IMG/VR virus record: IMGVR_UViG_3300023174_000036
Coordinates: 62,001-126,000 of that record
Length of the DNA stretch: 64,000 nucleotides
Strand: one strand, 5' to 3'
Notes under the pieces: generated by a model
Told to the model about the DNA's origin: nothing
Databases searched by the model: none
The model's input: only the letters and a program-made list of their open reading frames with translations
Shown here: piece by piece, positions 36,731 to 48,300 of the stretch
Position numbering within the stretch: the stretch's first letter is position 1
Layout of the letters: each line of letters starts with the position of its first letter
Made by a program: the position numbers and the translations under genes

Positions 36731-38397
36731 TGGGTTCTGAAAATAATTTTAACTATGCGTCCACAGGATCACCTGATTCCAGGCCAGGACCGTTTCTTGC
36801 CACAGTAATCGGCCACCAAGACCCCACATACATGGGCACCATTGAAGTGGAGTTGTTAAGACCAACAGGCAACACCAGCGACGAAACTTCAATCCATCAA
36901 GTAAAATATATGAGTCCATTTTACGGAGTTACTTCAGCAAGTCACCTTGGCGAAAACGATGACTATAGTAGCACACAAAAAAGTTATGGCTGGTGGGCAG
37001 TACCTCCTGATGTGGGTACCACGGTTGTGGTAATTTTCATTGACGGCGATGCTCGTCGTGGTTACTGGATTGGTTGTGTACAAGATGAAGGCATGAATTT
37101 TATGGTGCCTGGTCTTGCGGCAACACAAAAAGTTGTTGAAGATGTAGAGTCTGATAATGCAGGTAATTATGGCAGAGTTCCAGTAGCAGAATACAATAAG
37201 AAAGTAAATGATTTAAAAGACCCAGACGTTACACAATTACTTAAACCTAAACATCCGTTGGCAGACGCTTTGGATCGTCAAGGTTTGTTGTTTGATGACA
37301 TTAGAGGTATCACAACCAGCAGTGCCAGACGAGAAGTTCCAAGTATGGTGTTTGGTATCAGCACACCAGGCCCAGTTGATAAACGAGATGGTGCTCCCCG
37401 CGGCCGCATTGGAAAAAAAGAATGGAAAATTGACAATGCATTTGTTGGTAGACTTGGCGGCAGCACTTGGGTAATGGACGACGGCGACTCTAGATTTTTG
37501 CGAAAGAAACCAGCAAGCGAAGGCCCTCCAGAATATGCATCTTTAGAAGATGGTGATACTGATGGTGATGTAGAAATTCCACACAACGAATTAATTCGTA
37601 TTAGAACTAGGACTGGACATCAAATACTGTTACACAACAGTGAAGATTTAATTTATATTACCAATGCTAGAGGAACAGCATGGATTGAATTGACCAGTGA
37701 CGGTAAGATAGATGTTTATGCAAAAGATAGTATAAGTGTAAGAACAGAAAACGATTTAAATTTTTATGCTGATAGAGACATCAATATGGAAGCAGGACGC
37801 AACTTTAATCTAAAAGTTTCGGAGCGTCATCAAACGGAAGTGGGGAAAGATAAAATTTGTATTGTAAATGGAAATGTTGCCATAAAAGTTGACGGTACAC
37901 AGGACGAAACAATCACCGGAGCCCACACCCAATCATTTGAAGCAACATGGGATGTTACTACTGGTGAGCAGACCAATATAACTGTTGGAGCAGGATTTGA
38001 TTTGAACACAAGTGACTCTAACAAATTAACATCTGGTGGAAATATGGAAATCGCCGCCGCTAACACTACAATATCTGGTGGAAATATTAATCTTAATGGT
38101 CCATCGGCCGCATCGGCTGGATCAGCTACTGCCGCAACAGTGCCAGAACCTTTAGAAACAATTGACAATCCTACAGAAATAGAAGGCGACACTATTACTA
38201 GTATCATGGCCCGTGTTCCTACTACTGAACCATATCCACATCATGAGAATTTAGATGGTTCTAAGTTTAAGCCAGACGCAACGGACAGAGAAGCAGTAAC
38301 CGCTATAGAAGTTCCAACAGCTTGGAAAACATATTCAACGACTAATGATACATTTAAAATAATTCCGCCAGAAGCACCACCAGAGGAGCAACAATAA
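36730..38397 (+). CDS. gp5: Baseplate central spike (gp5/VgrG-like), no lysozyme domain recognised
   Basis: N-terminal OB-fold motifs (DP.YMG.IEV, PPDVGTTVVV.F..G....GYWIG), RTRTGHQI, and beta-helix repeats (VNGN, VDGT, ITGA, INLN). Confidence 0.75.
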   Translation: MGSENNFNYASTGSPDSRPGPFLATVIGHQDPTYMGTIEVELLRPTGNTSDETSIHQVKYMSPFYGVTSASHLGENDDYSSTQKSYGWWAVPPDVGTTVVVIFIDGDARRGYWIGCVQDEGMNFMVPGLAATQKVVEDVESDNAGNYGRVPVAEYNKKVNDLKDPDVTQLLKPKHPLADALDRQGLLFDDIRGITTSSARREVPSMVFGISTPGPVDKRDGAPRGRIGKKEWKIDNAFVGRLGGSTWVMDDGDSRFLRKKPASEGPPEYASLEDGDTDGDVEIPHNELIRIRTRTGHQILLHNSEDLIYITNARGTAWIELTSDGKIDVYAKDSISVRTENDLNFYADRDINMEAGRNFNLKVSERHQTEVGKDKICIVNGNVAIKVDGTQDETITGAHTQSFEATWDVTTGEQTNITVGAGFDLNTSDSNKLTSGGNMEIAAANTTISGGNINLNGPSAASAGSATAATVPEPLETIDNPTEIEGDTITSIMARVPTTEPYPHHENLDGSKFKPDATDREAVTAIEVPTAWKTYSTTNDTFKIIPPEAPPEEQQ

Positions 38398-38840
38398 TGA
38401 GTTCAAATGCAAAATTATATAAAAAAATAACCCTGCCCGCGGCGAGTCAGCCTGATAATCTTGGCGAAAAAAAATACAAAGGATTTAGTACAGTTAACAC
38501 TAACACAGAAAACTATAATCTTTATGACTTTGAGTTAATTAAACAAGATTTGTTTAATCATTTTTACACACGTCAGGGTGAGAGATTGATGCAACCCGAT
38601 TTTGGAACAATTATTTGGGACTTGTTGTTTGAACCATTAACACCAGAAATAAAAAATCTAGTGTTAGAAAATATCAATCAAATAGTCAATTATGATCCGC
38701 GAGTAAAGGCAGAAAACGTTACAGTGACAGCGTATGATCAGGGCATACAGGTACAATGCACCTTGATATTTTTACCTTATAATATTTCGCAAACTTTGCA
38801 GTTACGATTTGATCAAGCTAACGGTCTACTAATGCAGTAA
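38397..38840 (+). CDS. gp25: Baseplate wedge / sheath initiator (T4 gp25 family)
   Basis: LIKQDL.NHF.TRQGERLMQPDFGTIIWDLLFEP...YDPRV motif. Confidence 0.92.
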   Translation: MSSNAKLYKKITLPAASQPDNLGEKKYKGFSTVNTNTENYNLYDFELIKQDLFNHFYTRQGERLMQPDFGTIIWDLLFEPLTPEIKNLVLENINQIVNYDPRVKAENVTVTAYDQGIQVQCTLIFLPYNISQTLQLRFDQANGLLMQ

Positions 38841-38861
38841 AATACGCAGTTAATCTTTGAA

Positions 38862-38869
38862 AATAAATA
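38862..38869 (+). promoter_or_regulatory. Late promoter core (AATAAATA)
   Basis: Upstream of an AGGA SD and the ATG at 38887. Confidence 0.6.
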
Positions 38870-38886
38870 CAATACTAGGATAAAAT

Positions 38887-41800
38887 ATGAGCTCTATTGA
38901 TAGACAAAATAACTTGCTGATTACTGAAGATTGGAAAAAGATTTATCAGTCTTTTAAAAATGCAGATTTCCAAAGCTATGACTTTGAAAATCTTCGCAGG
39001 ACCATGATCACCTATCTTCGAACAAATTACCCTGAAGATTTTAACGATTATATTGAATCCAGCGAGTATCTTGCTCTAGTGGATCTTATTGCTTTCCTTG
39101 GACAAAGCATTGCGTTCCGTGTAGATTTAAATGCTCGCGAAAACTTTTTAGAGCTGGCAGAACGCCGTGACAGTGTACTACGTTTAGCACGATTAATCAG
39201 CTACAATGCCAAGCGTAATATTCCAGCCAAAGGTTTATTAAAATTTACTACAGTGCGAACAACTGAAACTGTAGTAGATAGCAACGGAAGAAACTTAGCA
39301 GGTCAAGTTATCACATGGAACGACCCATCAAATGCCAACTGGTTAGATCAGTTTACCAAAGTGATGAATGCTGCCATGCCTGCCACACAACAATTTGGAA
39401 ACCCTGCATCCAAAGCAGATATCTACGGCATTCCAACAAGTCAATATAGATTTCAAGGATCCAACACAGATGTGCCAGTGTATGCTTTTTCAAAATCAAT
39501 AGCAGGTAAATCTATGAATTTTGAAATTACCAGCACCACATTCACAGGCGAAGATTATATCTATGAAGAAGCTCCAAAAGTAGGTAACAGTCCTGCTTGT
39601 GTTTATAGAGACGACGGCCATGGCGCCGCCAGTATTAACACTGGATTCTTTTTCAATTTTACACAGGGCACGTTAAATGCAGGAGCATTTACTATTAGCC
39701 AACCTAGTACAAATGAAAGTATAGATATTGCAACACAAAATATTAATAACACAGATGTGTGGCTTTATAGATTAGATCAAAATGGTGCAGAATCAGAATT
39801 ATGGACTAAAATTCCAGAGCTAACTGGTAACAATGTCATTTATAATAGTCTTAATAAAAGTATAAAAAATATATATGCTGTAGTTACTAGAACAGGAGAT
39901 GCTGTTAGTTTAGCATTTAGTGATGGTACATTTGGCACATTGCCTCTTGGAGATTTTAGAACTTACTATCGAATTAGTAACGGACTTTCTTATATTATAA
40001 ATCCTGCAGATGTTAGAAATATTTCTATATCTATTCCATATACTTCTCGCAAAGGACAAAATGAAACGCTAACAGTTACATTAAGTTTAGTAAGCACTGT
40101 CTCCAATGCCGCAGCCAGCGAAACTAATGCATATATTAAAGCAAATGCATCAGCCACTTACTATACACAAAACAGAATGATAACAGCCGAAGACTATAAC
40201 ATTAGTCCGTTGTCAGCTAATCAACAAGTTGCTAAAATAAAATCAGTTAATAGAACATCTAGCGGTATTAGTAGATATTTTGATCTTAAAGATCCTACTG
40301 GGAAATACAGTAGTACTAATTTATTTGGAAATGACGGGGTTATATTCCAAGAATCATACACACTGCCTATCAAATTTAAATATACCACTAAGGTAGATAT
40401 TGAAGGAATAATTTATAATCAAATCGTTGATATCATCAAAAATGAAGATTTGAGAAATTTTTATTACTCAAACTTTATTAACTTTTTATCTACAAGTTTA
40501 AACATTGTATGGTATAACAAAACATCTGATACAACTTCTAGTACTGGTTATGTTGGAGAATTAAACGACACCAGACCTTATCCGGTAGGCTCTTATACAG
40601 CAACAGATTTAAAATATTTAACAGCCAATGCTTTGGTAAAATTTACAGCCCCGACTGGTTACTATTTTGACCTCAATAAGTCAAACGCATTAAAAGTTGG
40701 AGATGCCACATTGTCTGGCCGCTCAAGTTATATATGGGCACAAGTGGTATCTGTTAACGCAAACGGCACTGCCGCTGGAACAGGAATTCTTTCCAGCGGT
40801 CTTGGGCCTATTACTTTAAATCAAGTGATTCCCTCAACTGCGCAGATAACACAAATTATTCCTAAACTATCATTATCAATTCCCAGCTCAGTAATAACAC
40901 AAATGATAGATTTAATATACAGTAACAGACCATTTGGACTGCGCTATGATGCAACTGATCAGAGCTGGAAAATTATCTTTGAAACTAATTTGGATGCAAC
41001 ATCTGGTTTTAGCTTGTCTAATCAAGGCAGTTTATCTAATTTAAAGAACGATTCAAGTTGGATATTATTGTTTACTACTGATAACGATTTTTATACAATT
41101 ACAACTAGATTGTTGCGATATGTATTTGAAAGTGATGACGAAATAAGATTTTTCTTTGAAGATAATACAGCAGTTTATGACAGCACTTCTAATTCAGTTG
41201 TGAAAGATTTAATTAATATTTTAAGTATAAACACAAAACCTGGATCATCTGGCAAGCCTTTTACACAGGATTTAAAATGGGATATTGTAGCATCATTTAA
41301 CGGATTAGACGGTTACATTGATAATAAAAAAATAGTGGTATCGTTCCAAGATTCAGATAACAACGACATAGTTGATAATCCTCAATTGTTCCTTGATATT
41401 GTTGATTACCAGAATATTCAAAATTCTTTTATAGTACAAGAAAAATACGCTATCTCAGCTGGACAAAATGATTATCGTTATAGAAGTAATTCTGATAACA
41501 AAGTATTATTTTTTGCAACTCAAAGCAGTATTGGATCGTTATCTCAATATAAAGACGGACAGTATTTTTACTTCTCAGATACTGGAGTAGTTAAAAAATT
41601 AAATTTAACAAAATCTTTATTGGTGCCAACATTGGATTACAAAGTATATGTTGGCAGAGATAATTTAAAATTTCAGTACATTCATAGAGCCGATTACGAA
41701 TCTAGAATAGATCCAGGTGCAAGCAACATCATGGATATTTACGTATTAACCAAGAGTTACGACACACTATTCCGTCAGTGGTTGGATGGCTCAACGGTGG

Positions 41801-42339
41801 TTAAGCCGTTACCTCCAAGTTCAGCTGAATTGTACAATTTAATTGCTCCAAAATTGAATTTAATCAAATCAATCAGCGATGAAATTGTGTACCACCCAGT
41901 TACATATAAATTGTTATTTGGAACTTCGGCAACAATTGATTTGCAAGCCAGTTTTAAAATAACCAAAAGTTTAAATTCAGTAGTTTCAGAAAACGATATC
42001 AAATCAAGGGCAATAACTGCAATCAACCAATTTTTCACATTAGATAATTGGAATTTTGGAGATATATTTTATTTTACAGAATTATCAACTTATGTAATGA
42101 CACAGCTTGCTCCTGATATTACTAATTTTATTATTGTGCCAAGACAAGACGGATCTTACTTTGGTAGTTTATTTGAAATAAAATGCCCAAGTGATCAGAT
42201 TTTTATCAGTAGTGCAACGGTAGATGATATTGAAATAATTACCGGAATAACTTCAGGCAATATTAAATCAGTGACTGGACAAGCACTCAGCGCAGTATCA
42301 TCACAAAACACAACTAGCTCAACATACGGAAATATCTAA
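38887..42339 (+). CDS. gp6: Baseplate wedge subunit (T4 gp6 family), 1150 aa
   Basis: DFE.L...M..YL....P..FND..ESS...L.D..A, E.FL..A.RR.SV...A....Y, F.DG.FG..P and QNRMITAEDY motifs; follows gp25. Confidence 0.88.
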   Translation: MSSIDRQNNLLITEDWKKIYQSFKNADFQSYDFENLRRTMITYLRTNYPEDFNDYIESSEYLALVDLIAFLGQSIAFRVDLNARENFLELAERRDSVLRLARLISYNAKRNIPAKGLLKFTTVRTTETVVDSNGRNLAGQVITWNDPSNANWLDQFTKVMNAAMPATQQFGNPASKADIYGIPTSQYRFQGSNTDVPVYAFSKSIAGKSMNFEITSTTFTGEDYIYEEAPKVGNSPACVYRDDGHGAASINTGFFFNFTQGTLNAGAFTISQPSTNESIDIATQNINNTDVWLYRLDQNGAESELWTKIPELTGNNVIYNSLNKSIKNIYAVVTRTGDAVSLAFSDGTFGTLPLGDFRTYYRISNGLSYIINPADVRNISISIPYTSRKGQNETLTVTLSLVSTVSNAAASETNAYIKANASATYYTQNRMITAEDYNISPLSANQQVAKIKSVNRTSSGISRYFDLKDPTGKYSSTNLFGNDGVIFQESYTLPIKFKYTTKVDIEGIIYNQIVDIIKNEDLRNFYYSNFINFLSTSLNIVWYNKTSDTTSSTGYVGELNDTRPYPVGSYTATDLKYLTANALVKFTAPTGYYFDLNKSNALKVGDATLSGRSSYIWAQVVSVNANGTAAGTGILSSGLGPITLNQVIPSTAQITQIIPKLSLSIPSSVITQMIDLIYSNRPFGLRYDATDQSWKIIFETNLDATSGFSLSNQGSLSNLKNDSSWILLFTTDNDFYTITTRLLRYVFESDDEIRFFFEDNTAVYDSTSNSVVKDLINILSINTKPGSSGKPFTQDLKWDIVASFNGLDGYIDNKKIVVSFQDSDNNDIVDNPQLFLDIVDYQNIQNSFIVQEKYAISAGQNDYRYRSNSDNKVLFFATQSSIGSLSQYKDGQYFYFSDTGVVKKLNLTKSLLVPTLDYKVYVGRDNLKFQYIHRADYESRIDPGASNIMDIYVLTKSYDTLFRQWLDGSTVVKPLPPSSAELYNLIAPKLNLIKSISDEIVYHPVTYKLLFGTSATIDLQASFKITKSLNSVVSENDIKSRAITAINQFFTLDNWNFGDIFYFTELSTYVMTQLAPDITNFIIVPRQDGSYFGSLFEIKCPSDQIFISSATVDDIEIITGITSGNIKSVTGQALSAVSSQNTTSSTYGNI

Positions 42340-45300
42340 TGACTGATTTTACAAATCCATCAGGGTCTAAAGGACTTAGTGTAAATTTAATACCTAACTT
42401 TTTTAAAACAGATGCTAATAAACGATTTTTACAAGCAACAGTAGATCAGCTGGTAGCACCTGGCACGGTTAAAAAAGTTAACGGATTTGTTGGCAGACCG
42501 TATTCAAAATCAACTTCAGGTACAGATTTATTCATTGAAGCTCCAAATTTAGTTCGTCAGAATTACCAATTGGAGCCAGCATTAACTGTACAGGATACAT
42601 TAGGTAATAATACTTTCTTTAAAGACTACATTGATTACATAAACCAACTGAGTGTATTTGGAGCCAACGTATCCAATCATGATAGGCTTAATAAACAAGA
42701 ATTTTATTCTTGGAATCCTCATATTGATTGGGATAAGTTTGTTAATTTTCAAAATTACTACTGGTTATCGTACGGCCCTGAGACTATTAAAATATTTGGT
42801 CAACAACTTACAGCACAGAGTACTTATAAAATTGCCCTTGAATATCAAGGACAAAACAATCAGTATGTGTTTACTCCCGACGGGTTAACTCCAAACCCTG
42901 TGATTAAATTATACAGAGGACAAACTTATAAATTTATTATATCTAGTCCAAGCAATCCAATCAGCATAAAAACTGCAAGATCAACCGGTATCGACGATAG
43001 GTATGAAATACCGGGGATAGACTCTTATGGAGTTGAAAGTGGAGTAATCACAATGACTATTCCTGTAAACTCTCCAAATGTTTTATATTATCAAAGCGAG
43101 ACTGATGTAAATTTAGGCGGACTCTTTGAAATATACAATATAGATGAAAATTCATCCATTAACATTAAATCAGAAATTTTAGGTAAAGTTAACTATACAC
43201 TAAGTGATGGCACTGCATTGAGTAATGGCATGAAGGTATCGTTTGGTGGACAAGTTTCTCCCGCGGAATATGCAACGGGTGAATACTATGTTGAAGGAGT
43301 AGGCACTGCTATTCAATTGATTGAAAAATCAATTTTAGAAATCTCAACAACTTATACAGAATCTGAAACATTGTTATTTGATTCTAACCCCTTTGATATA
43401 GATGCGTTTAGCGATTCTACCGGCTTTGCAAAAACATTAGACTATATGGTTATTAATAGAGCAAGTCGAGATCATAACCCTTGGTCTCGATATAACCGAT
43501 GGTTTCATAAAGATGTAATAAATGCCAGCGCATCATTTAATAAAACGATAGCATCTTTGGATCAAAGCCTTAGAGCAGTACGTCCTATTATTGAATTCAA
43601 TGCAGATTTAAAATTATTTAATTTTGGTACAGATGCAATTTTTGATATTGACTTAGTTGATTCGTTCACAACAGATGCATTTTCAACCATTGAAGGCAGT
43701 CTGGGATATAGCATTGATGGAATCAGTTTATCTGAAGGACAAAAAATATTATTTTTATCGGATACAGATAGATTAGTTAAAAATAAAATTTTTAAAGTAG
43801 AGTTTATAGATGTTAAGCATCTATCTGCTAATTCACGCCAAATTCATTTAGTTGAACTACACTCACCAGCTGATAATGAAGTAGTACTAGTAAAACAAGG
43901 AATTGCAAATCAAGGATTAATGTATTGGTTCACTGGTACCACATGGATTTCAGCACAGCAAAAAACTAATACCAACCAGTTTCCGTTGTTTGATGTAGTT
44001 GATGCAACTGGAACTAGTTTTAGCAATATAGACAAGTATGATGGAACTACTTTTAAAGGAACTTACTTATTTTCTTATAGGGTTAATCCAACAGGAATAA
44101 GCGACTCGAATCTTGGATTTGCGCTTTCTTACAGAAATATAGAAAATATAGGAGATATTGTTTTTGATTTCAATTTTGATACAGACGTATTTTCTTATAG
44201 AGAATCTGTTAATATTATAACTGTTCCTGTTAATACAGGGTATCTCAGTACAAAAGATTATGCAGGAAATACAATTTACAAAAATGCATGGGAAACTTGT
44301 ACAGCACCAAATACTCAAGCTGGTATACGAATTTACAAAAATTCAAACAAAACTAATAATTTTAAATTAGATATCTTTGATAATATTTCAGATCTTAAAG
44401 ATTTAGTAGTTCGTGTATACATTAATGGTAAACGTTTAGCAACTGATCATTGGTCGGTAGTTGATGCCCCAGACTACAAAACAATTAAATTAAAAGCAGA
44501 TATTTTAAAAACTGATGTATTAACAATAAAAACATACGCCTCACAGCCAATAAATTCTAATGGATTTTATGAAATTCCATTAAATTTACAACACAATCCT
44601 TTGAACAGCGGATTAACAACATTAACGCTGGGTGAAGTAATTGATCATGTAGACAGCATTGTTGATAATATCTATGCAGCCGATGCTGGCAACATAGAAG
44701 GAAATAATTATGATGTAAAGTCTGATTTTACAAAAACTCTTACTTTTATTGGAACCTTCCCAGGCGCAAGTAATTTACGAGATTTAGGTAATATAACACC
44801 GTACGGTACTAAGTTTGTACAACACAGTAGCCCTTCAAGTATTTCTTTATATCACATTACAACTGAAACCAACAATGTGATCCGAGCAATACAAGAAAGC
44901 AGAGACAAGTATATTCAATTTAAAAAGAATTTCTTAGCAGTGGCATTAAATTTAGGAATTGAAACTACTCCGTCTAAACAAGTTGATTTAATACTGGAAC
45001 AAATTAACAAAGATAAATCTAAAACAGATCCATATTATTTTAGTGATATGGTGCCGTATCGTGCCGGCGTAAAAACAAATATCACAGTTGTTGATCCTCG
45101 AATAAAAACATATCCGTTAAAAACAAACTTTATATTAGATACTTTATCCAATAAAGCTGTTATTGTCTATGTTAACGATTTACAATTAATTTATCAAGCA
45201 GATTATTATTTTAATGAGCAAGGATTTGTTGTTATCAACCATACTCTAGTTGAAAACGATACAATATCTATTGTTGAATATGACAGCACAGACGGCTCAT

Positions 45301-48300
45301 TCATTCCAGAAACTCCAACTAAATTAGGCATGTGGCCAAAATACAAACCAATGCTTTATTTAGATACAACATTGGTTACTCCACGTTGGATGATACAAGG
45401 ACACGATGGTAGTCATGTACTTGCATACGGTACATACGGCGCAAGCGGTGTTGCCGACTATCGAGATGCAATTATCCTTGAATTAGAAAAAAGAATTTTT
45501 AACAATATCAAAGTAGAATACAATACAGAAATTTTTGATATTGCAGAACTAGTACCTAGTTATAATAGACCTGGAGATTATTCTAGAAAAGAATTTGATC
45601 AAGTACTAGCTCCTTCGTTTTATCAATGGGCTTCGTTAGTTGATAGAGATTTTACAAAACCGTTAAGTTTTGACAGAAATAATCCTTTTACTTTTAAATA
45701 TAATTCCTTTAGCACTCCTGATGGTCAAGAAACTCCAGGATACTGGCGCGGAATTTATCAGTGGATTTATGATACAGACCGACCAAATATTTGCCCGTGG
45801 GAAATGTTAGGATTTAGTATTGAACCGTTATGGTGGAAAACATTATACGGCCCAGCACCGTATACCAGCGATAATCTTGTGATGTGGAAAGACATATCCG
45901 AAGGCTTTATACGAAACCCAAATGCACCAGCAGTTCAGACAAAAAAATATATTAAACCGTTTTTATTAAAACATTTACCTGTAGATGCTACTGGTAACTT
46001 GGTTAATCCGTTGGTATCTGGATTTATTTCTGGAACAATAACAGCTCATTCTCAAACAGATTTTGTATTTGGTGACGGTAGCCCTGTTGAAACTGCTTGG
46101 AGAAGAAGTAGCCACTATGCGTTCAGCGTTATATTAACAGCGATCTTATTAAAACCTTCTGATACTTTTGGAAAATTATTAGATAGGTCTAGAATAACAA
46201 GAAATCTTTGCGGACAACTGATTTATAATGAAACTGGTTTACGAATCAAATCGGAAGTTGTTAAGTTTCCAAGCATCTATTCCAGTACCGAACGTGTACA
46301 GACATCGGGCATTATCAATTATATTATCAATTATATTCTAAGTGATAATTTAAAATCTTACGATACGTATGCTTATGATTTAACTTATATTAATACAAAA
46401 TTAAGTCATAGAGTAGGCGCATTTACATCAAAAGAAAAATTTAAATTATTACTAGACTCTAAATCTCCGTTGTCAACTAGCAGTGTGTTTGTGCCTCCCG
46501 AAGATTACACTGTAATTTTAAATTCTTCTTCTCCAATAAAGAAATTAACATACAGCGGAGTAATTGTTAGTAAATTAGCCGACGGTTATGAAATTAAAGG
46601 ATACAGTAGAAGTACTCCTTATTTTAAATACTATCAGTATCAACAGTCTGGTATCACTATAAACATTGGCGGAATATCTGAAAATTTTGTTGCATGGACA
46701 GCCAACGAACGTTACGGGCTTGGCCAAGTTGTCAAATATAATAATCAATATTTTAGATCATTAGTAACGCACACCACTTCAGGCACTTTTAGTGATTCCT
46801 ATTACGAAGCATTACCGCGTTTACCAATTATTGGCGGTCGCGATGCAGTGATAAGAAAATCGTGGGATAAATCTATTATCAACACTAGCCCGTACGGTAC
46901 TAAATTTGAAAAAATACAAGACGTTGTTGATTTCTTGTTGGGATACGGTGAGTGGTTAAAAGATGAAGGATTTATATTTGATGAATTTAACCCAATACTA
47001 AACGCAGTCACTAATTGGGAAACCAGTGTCAAAGAATTCTTGTTCTGGACAACACAAAATTGGAGCACAGGCGAGGATAAATGGGCCGAGTGGACGCCAG
47101 GTATGCGTATGACATATGGCGATATAGTTCGTTATAACGGCGACTATTTCAAAGCTAATAAAAATTCAACTGCCTCAGTGTTTTTAGAAACTGACTTTAC
47201 AAAATTAGACGGCCTTAACAACAACGGTGGTTCCGCAATAAGTCTAAGTCCTGCAGCCGCAAAGCTGACATTTAAAACAGAATTAAGCGTAATAGATGAC
47301 ATCCGAAATCCATTTAACGGATATGAAATTTTTAAAGTTGATGGCACACCTCTTGAACCTACTTTCATTAATTCTTATAGAGAAGACAACGCAGTTAGTT
47401 ACAGTCCGCGCGGAGAAGATGGTATCTACGGCGCAACATTTTATCTAATACAGCAAGAGCATGTTGTTTTGTTAAACAATGTTACTATATTTAATGATAC
47501 AATTTTCAAACCAGAAACTGGTTATAAACAGGATAGAATTAAAGTTGCAGGTTATGTCAGCACCAACTGGTATGGTGGGTTAGATATTCCTGGATTTATT
47601 CTTGATGTTGCTAAGATACAAAATTGGACTCCGTGGGAGGATTACGACCTTGGCGATATTGTAAAATACAAGCAATTCTACTATACTGCAAGTAGATTTT
47701 TACCAGGAGCAGTTTCTTTTGTTAATGAAGATTGGATATTGTTAGATAAAAAACCAGTAACGCAACTATTACCAAACTGGACATATAAGGCAGAACAGTT
47801 TACTGACTTTTATAGTTTAGATAGTGATAATTTTGACACTGCACAACAACAGTTAGCTCAGCACTTAATTGGGTATCAAAAGAGACAGTATCTTACAAAC
47901 ATCATCAAAGATGATGTAAGCGAGTTCAAATTTTATCAAGGAATGATTCGCGAAAAAGGAACACAAAACAGTTTAAACAAATTGTTTGATGTGAAATCTG
48001 CACTTGGCGAAGAAAGTTTAAAATTTTACGAAGAGTGGGCAATTAGAACTGGTCAGTACGGAGCTAGCGAAGCATTTGAGGCTATAGAATTTGTGTTAGA
48101 AGAATCAAAAATGAGAAGTAATCCTCAAGGGTTTTACCTATCAGAAAATTTTGACGATCCAAACGATTTCATAATCACATACAATTCGAGCCAAGTATAT
48201 TTAAAACCAGTTGGATACACATCTAATCCATGGCCTGTATTAACACAATATCGTCCTTATTTAAGAAGCGCAGGTTATTTTAGATCTGACGAAGTGTATA

